From: Nemertoderma westbladi
Lineage: Eukaryota > Animalia > Xenacoelomorpha
NCBI GenBank assembly: GCA_032718475.1
Contig: JAUCBJ010002827.1
Location: 38,798-102,797 of the forward strand
Length of the DNA stretch: 64,000 bases
Direction: 5' to 3'
The first letter of the stretch is position 1; each line of letters starts with the position of its first letter. Position numbers and translations under genes: made by a program. Below the pieces are notes generated by a model. It worked only from the letters and a program-made list of their open reading frames with translations. It was not told the origin of the DNA and searched no databases. Of this stretch, positions 58,082 to 64,000 are shown one piece after another.

Positions 58082-59970
58082 CAGTCGGTGAGAAGTCAAA
58101 AATTGGACTTGAGTCCAAAATTGGACTTCGACTCCAGTTCAAGTCCAAAATTGGACTTCTGTGAGTCAAATATTGGACTTCAAATCAGCCAATTGTTCCA
58201 GGGCCTTCGGTAATTGGATCGGGCGGGATTTTTTTCTTTTAATCGAAAATATATCAAAAAATAAGAGTTTTGAACAGGGGGACCTGAAATTCACCATGGG
58301 GAACTTTTTTTATAAGGCTTTGAATTTTTACAAAAGTCCAATATTGGACTTTAAGTCCAATTTTGGACGCGACATTGAGAATCTAACTTAAATGTACATG
58401 AAGCATAACAGATGAGAGACAGCCAGACAGCTATTAAGTTATGGAAAGTTACCTTTGCAGCTCTGTATGTATCTTCCTTCAGTGTAACTGTACTTAGAAT
58501 ATAATGGTACATTCTAGCATTCTACTTGTAAAATAATATTGTGGTAATTAGATGCAGTGTAGTCTTGTGATCAATAGACACTTGAGTTCTGTATATTGTG
58601 GTAATTAGATGCCATTGTAAAATGTTCTACAGTTCTAGGTACTTTACTTTTAGCATATTGTTTAGTTTACATTCATGTTATGTCTAACCTTACAGCCTTA
58701 TGTACCCAGGACTTTAGAGTCTTTAGGACTAGATTAGATTATGCTCCAACAAATACCGGTATTTAATTACAAATTATATTTGGTGGAAACTGGTAGCAAT
58801 GCAGCAATGCCAGGTTTGCCAACTGCAGCTGCTGCTAAGGCTAACTACAGTACACGCTACGATTTCGTCTAAGCTTATGGGAGCCCTATCAGAAATAAAT
58901 ACTACAAGTTGATGCTACGACCATCTCTTCTAATTTTTCCATACAACAGGGACTAGGGAGGGTATTTTAATACTTTTCTAACTAAAACAATAAACGGCCA
59001 CTTTTGACTTTACCAATTGAGGGAGCCCTATCACCGCATACTACTAACTACAATCCAGCAATCGGCATGCAGCATGCTGCATTGCAGCTGCATTATATGT
59101 ATAGACCCTATTAAGAATGCTGTGCCGGCTTATTGACAGAAGTGCGCCTCCACAACTCCCTTACACTCTTACAGCCTTTATCACCCATGACATTTGCTAG
59201 ATCATCCGCATCTTCAAGGCCAGTGTCCTTTGAGACAGTAAGAAAGACTAAAGATGCGTCTCAAGAAAGTCATGGGCTGTCCACCATGCTTATTTACTCC
59301 ATGAGGTGCACTGGCTGGTCCTCATGGCGAAAGCAATGTCCTGCAAAGCGGAGGCGGCTTTTTGTTCTAGTGTCAAGCTTGGGGGAACTAATGAGACACC
59401 TCCAACAACCAACACCAATGTTATATAGTGTCTGGTTGGAGATGTGTGCATTGTACGTGACACAGTGAACCCAATCAAAACAATTAGTCAATAAACATTA
59501 ACTCAATAACATAATAGGCAGAGAGGTTACAGTTTACAGTAGTCTTATTTTTGCCATACGAAAATACCTCAGGTATGGGTATTATGTATGAATTATACAG
59601 CTATAACTCAACTACCGCTACTGCGGTATACACCACTAAGGCAGTAAGGCTACCGCTAAGGCAGTAAGGCTACCGCAAAGCCATACCACTACCGCAAAAA
59701 GTAACTACTGATGTCTGACTGTACGTGTGCGATCCCTGCTTATAATACTTATAATAATTAATTTGATCATTAAAATGATGTTGCATTGTAATTATGTAAT
59801 ATATATGTACTGATACGGGATGCAGTATTGATTGAAATACCGATATACATTATGGCAGCATGGGTACACTTAGAGTTGTACTAAAGTCCAATATTGGACT
59901 TTGGAGTCCAAAATTGGACTTGAAGTCTAAAATTGGACTTGAAGTCCAATTTTTGACTTCTCACCGACTG
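58082..59970. mobile_element. Non-autonomous DNA transposon with CAG termini and 5-bp TSD
   Basis: Perfect 29-bp TIR CAGTCGGTGAGAAGTCAAAAATTGGACTT; palindromic AAGTCCAAAATTGGACTT subterminal repeats; TCTGG at 58077-58081 and 59971-59975. Confidence 0.85.
59175..59490 (-). pseudogene. RTE-clade LINE 3' fragment
   Basis: VHCVTYNAHISNQTLY..SRLRFAGHCFRHEDQPV. Confidence 0.7.
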
Positions 59971-60110
59971 TCTGGGGGCTTAGTCTGGCTTAGTGAAATA
60001 TCAATGTGATGGTGATCTGATCTGACTGTCTGGTCTTGATCTATAGAAACTTGCTGCAAATTTCTGACGAAACCTATAGCTACAGTACTGGAGTACTGCA
60101 ATACAGAAAT

Positions 60111-61221
60111 ATGCCGGCCCAAATCTACGATATTCCAATAATACATGATGGTTTACGTCGCGACGAAACAATGATTCAAATAGCTGACGCTTTGGACTAT
60201 CTGGAGAAAGTGTCTGCGGACATATTCGCTAGAATCTCCAATCGCGTCGCAGAGGTGAAAGGCCAAGTGGTCTCGATCAACTCCCGACTGGCTACCGCTC
60301 AAAGTAAAGTCGATTCCCTAAGGGGTCGAACCAGGGCCACTAAAGTAGAATCCGCGTCCTCTTTCCCCTCTGATAAACTCGAGACTTACCGAACTGTTTT
60401 CAATAAAACCGATTTGCTACGAATAAAGCGCTCCCGTAGAAAAGTTAAGAGTAAATTAATAGTAGTCGACGAACAAGCATTAAAAGAGAAACTCCAGTTG
60501 TTTAATGTTCAACTGGAAGAAAGCGGGAAAAAACGTGGAGATATAGGGGAAGAAGGTTTAGGGAGTTTACCAAACTACTTCCCTTCTATATCTTCCCTTC
60601 TTATGTTCAACACGAACGAAAATCCGTACAAAAAGTACGTGATGCTCGACCCACTCGGAGCGAAAGTCAAATCGCGACGAATCCTGGAAGCGGAGTCGGC
60701 TATCGGACCGGATGCCGCCCCGGAATCGATAACCCGGCGCGAAGGATCCGAGCGTCGTCTACTCCCGGACACGTTCGAGTATAAACCGGAGCTCGGAATC
60801 GTCCCGGAAAACCTCCTTCCGACTGATCTTCCGGAGTTGTCCGGAATCGCGGTGGACGTGTTTTACGCGGGAGATTCCGGACCCGGAATCGCGCCGAGTA
60901 TTCTCGTCGAATTGCCGACGGCGGGGCTGTTGGAACCGGTTGATTCGGCCCCGGCCCCGGGGTCACCGCCCCCTCCCCCGCCACCTCCGCCGCCCCCTCC
61001 ATCCTCCGTCGCCGCCCCACCGCCCCCTCCACCGCCCATTCTACCCGACACGACCGCGGCGACTCCGGCTCCGCCTAGCTCCGACACGGGACGTTCTAAC
61101 CTAATGGAAGCGATTCGGAAGGCAGGGGGATCCGAGAAGGCAAAGCTATCCACCGCCAAGGACCGGAAGTTAAAGAGGAAACTGGAGAGGGAGAAGATTA
61201 AGGAAGAGGAGTCAGGTGGAG
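60111..61221 (+). CDS. WASHC1: WASH complex subunit 1, exon 1 (WAHD, poly-Pro, WH2)
   Basis: LRRDETMIQIADALDYLEKVSADIFARIS; EEGLGSLP..ISSLLMFNTNENPYKKYVMLDPL; poly-Pro; GRSNLMEAIRKAGG; phase-1 GT at 61222. Confidence 0.93.
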
Positions 61222-62952
61222 GTGAGTTTATATTGTGTTACAACCAGACAGCTACTGATGTCAAATGACTCAAATCATGGGGGGGGGGGGGGGGGGGGGT
61301 TATCCGGCAGATACTTCTTTCATGAGTTTATATGCAAAGGCAATACGATTTTCGCTCCCCCAGGGTTGAGTTCCAGAACGATTTTTACTCACTAGTACTC
61401 CACTGGGAACAGCCGCGGTTTCATGTTATAAAGTGTGCTATATCGTATTGATAATGAAGTTTTGAAGAGTTAAATTAATTTAAAAAATAAATAAATTAAA
61501 AAAATATACCGTATATATTTATTTAATAACATACAATTGCAGTAACATTCTTAAATTCCTGGTTGTATCTTAATATATTTAAAAAAACATTCCACAATTA
61601 CAATGCAGCAATGGGTGTATTAAAATTAACAGAACTCAACATTAGAGACAGGGGGGGGGGGGGGGGACTAGACGTAAAACCCGCCTTTGCGAATTAATAA
61701 TCCCGCCTCAATGATAAATTATCAATTTAGGGAAAGGAGCAGGTTACAGTGGCACGTTATTTTAACCAAAACAATAAGCTAAACACAATAGAACAGGTTA
61801 CAGTTTCATTTTTGAGAGTAATCAGCTGTTATTTGCGTCGAATTTCCCCTGGAGAGGGATGGATTTTTATTGCGTCCACCCCCCCCCCCCCCCCCCCCAC
61901 CCTATTTGCAACATCTAACCAAATTCCCCAACTTGTCGCACTTATGAATAACTGTAAGTATTCCAGCACCACTGTTTGAACTCGTTACAGTTTCTGAACT
62001 TCATAAAGGAGCCACATTGTAGTAGTCGATGCGAGAAGTGACCAGAGCATGAATAATAGACTCAGCAGCCTTTGTATCTAGATACTTACGAATTTAGCGG
62101 ATGTTGTGGAGATAGTAATTTGCGGCGCTACATGTTTTCGATATGAATTTATTTATTTTTCATCTCTGAGACAAACCATGCCCCTAGGTTTGTCACGGAC
62201 TTTACGGGCTCGTTGTCGAAGTTACCGATATGAATTGAGGTAGACAAGAGCTCACCCAGCTGAGTATGAATTAGTCTTAGCCTGTTGTGGTTAAATGGCC
62301 AGCTGCGTATCCGAATCTATAGACTTTAATGCTGCTTGTTGGACGATGTCCCGGAAGTAGGTCGGAAGGCGCAGTATACCTGTTAGTCATCAGCAAAACC
62401 TTATCCAGGTAGTGAGAGGTGGCGTTATTATAACAAGGTTCCCTAAGTCAATTTTCGATGTGGGCGATAAATTTGGTTACAGATAGCGCGCCAAAAGCAT
62501 ACTCTCTCGTTGGTTGATTCTTGATATATTTTGTACCGCACGTGCATTCAGAGACTCAATAAATTTTCCATACTTAAGTTCCCCATAATGATATCTCCTC
62601 CGTCCCTCGTCTTACTCGTCAAAACCGTCAGACAAGAGCTGATGTCCGTTTGCATTGAATTGGGTGACACATTTACGACCAGTCGGAAGTTGGTACAATC
62701 TCCGAAAAATAAACTTAAAATGTTTCTACACGAATTTATATGGGATAACTGTGAGCGTAATATAAAGTGTGTTGAATGGCGTATAAAGTATTATATAACT
62801 TGCCGTTGTTGAATCCTGGGGAGGAAAACTAATTCATTTTAAAAATAAAATAATGTACATCGTTAATTATGTAAACTTTTGTTTAATTATAATTATGAAT
62901 CAAATGATATTGTTTCGTTTCGTTTACTTTACTTTACTTCGTGTTTCTTTAG

Positions 62953-63147
62953 GTATGGATTTTATGAGCGAAATGCGAAAGAAACTGAATCTGCGACGGC
63001 AAGGGATCTCTGGACAGCGAAACAAAGCGGGATCCGATAGTCTGGATGAGAGACCGTCTGTAATGGATAAAATATCGAGTATGATACCGGCCCCCTCCTG
63101 AGGGTGCTAGTGATAACGAGGAGGACGCAGATGATTGGTCGGAGTAG
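62953..63147 (+). CDS. WASHC1: WASH1 exon 2 (central and acidic motifs; apparent 1-nt frameshift near 63090)
   Basis: AG acceptor 62951-62952; GMDFMSEMRKKLNLRRQGISG; in-frame TGA at 63099-63101, while the acidic tail EGASDNEEDADDWSE* lies in the +1 frame. Confidence 0.85.
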
Positions 63148-63356
63148 TGGATACTGAATGGATGATGTCGGTGATTGGTCGGAGTAGTGGATACTGAATG
63201 GAGGAGGTCGGTGATTGGTCGGAGTAGTGGATACTGAATGGAGGAGGTCGGTGATTGGTCGGAGTAGTGGATACTGAATGGAGGAGGTCGGTGATTGGTC
63301 GGAGTAGTGGATACTGAATGGAGGAGGCCGGTGATTGGTCGGAGTAGTGGATACTA
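63131..63356. repeat. 40-bp tandem repeat (about 5.6 copies) spanning the WASH stop codon
   Basis: GTGATTGGTCGGAGTAGTGGATACTGAATGGAGGAGGTCG repeated. Confidence 0.92.
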
Positions 63357-64000
63357 GAGGACCGTGATTGGTCTGAATTTCTTGTCTTATCTCAAATTAT
63401 TGCATTAGAAAACAATTATTAAACAATGAATTAATAACTAATTAATATTCTTAACATTTGCTTTGTAGCTTTGATTTGTACTGCGTATTAATAAGGATAA
63501 ATTATCTACTGTATAAATATGTCACTGTTTTTAAATGTTAATTTAATGAACGGGTACTTTGTCTCATGGGCTGTTGTAACTCATGTTTATTTAGACATTG
63601 TTCTTAGAAAATAACATATAATAATTATCATATTAAGCACCTAAATAGTACTTTATTTTAATTAAGTACATAAATATTAAGTATATCTATTAAGTCTATC
63701 AGTTTGCTTGATTTACAATATTGTGCTGCGGAATCATGTAATTATTAATTGACAATTATTAAATATTTAATATAATAAATCTAATTTTCGTTCTCATTAA
63801 AAAAACACAGAACTAACAATTTGTTAATTTAAACTCCACCTTCAAATAATTTAACGTTATCTAAATAAATTTCTAAATAACGAATGTCCCAACCTTTACT
63901 GTTGTTTAATATTTTAAAGACAGTTTTTTTGTTATAAAAATATTTTTAATGTAACAACTATGTCAAGTCTTTATAATCTAATAAAGATATTATAATCCCC

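Noticed and set aside
54482-61765. Inverted copies at about 54482-54600 and 61645-61765 as TIRs of a composite element capturing WASH exon 1
   Set aside because: The motif is a dispersed repeat found elsewhere in the window, there is no TSD, and WASH exon 2 lies outside in correct phase.
62000-62810. Possible old retroelement RT fragment in the WASH intron (GFADD on minus near 62385-62400)
   Set aside because: A single short motif among many stops; insufficient support.

Overview
AT-rich metazoan (invertebrate-like) genomic DNA dominated by nested transposable elements, with three host genes. The genes are a 3-exon EMAP/EML gene (+, 25174-31903), an intronless secreted Cys-rich/Thr-Pro-rich protein (-, 37638-38753) and a 2-exon WASH1 (+, 60111-63147). 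Retroelements include a decayed CR1-type LINE (about 0.7-16.6 kb) interrupted by a frameshifted BEL/Pao LTR element and a hAT MITE. That BEL element carries an extra DEDDy exonuclease/CCHC ORF and abuts a tRNA-derived SINE ending in a minimal hammerhead ribozyme. A second, young BEL/Pao element (39356-53683; near-identical LTRs, TSD TCTCT) encodes only Gag-protease and hosts an intact antisense APE-RT LINE ORF. It has no tRNA-type PBS but has a 12-nt PBS perfectly complementary to a site in its own LTR, the geometry of Tf1-style self-priming. Also present are a 7.8-kb foldback/Mutator-like element, many MITEs and a 676-bp tandem array with a hammerhead-like core. All calls were made by eye; no searches were run.
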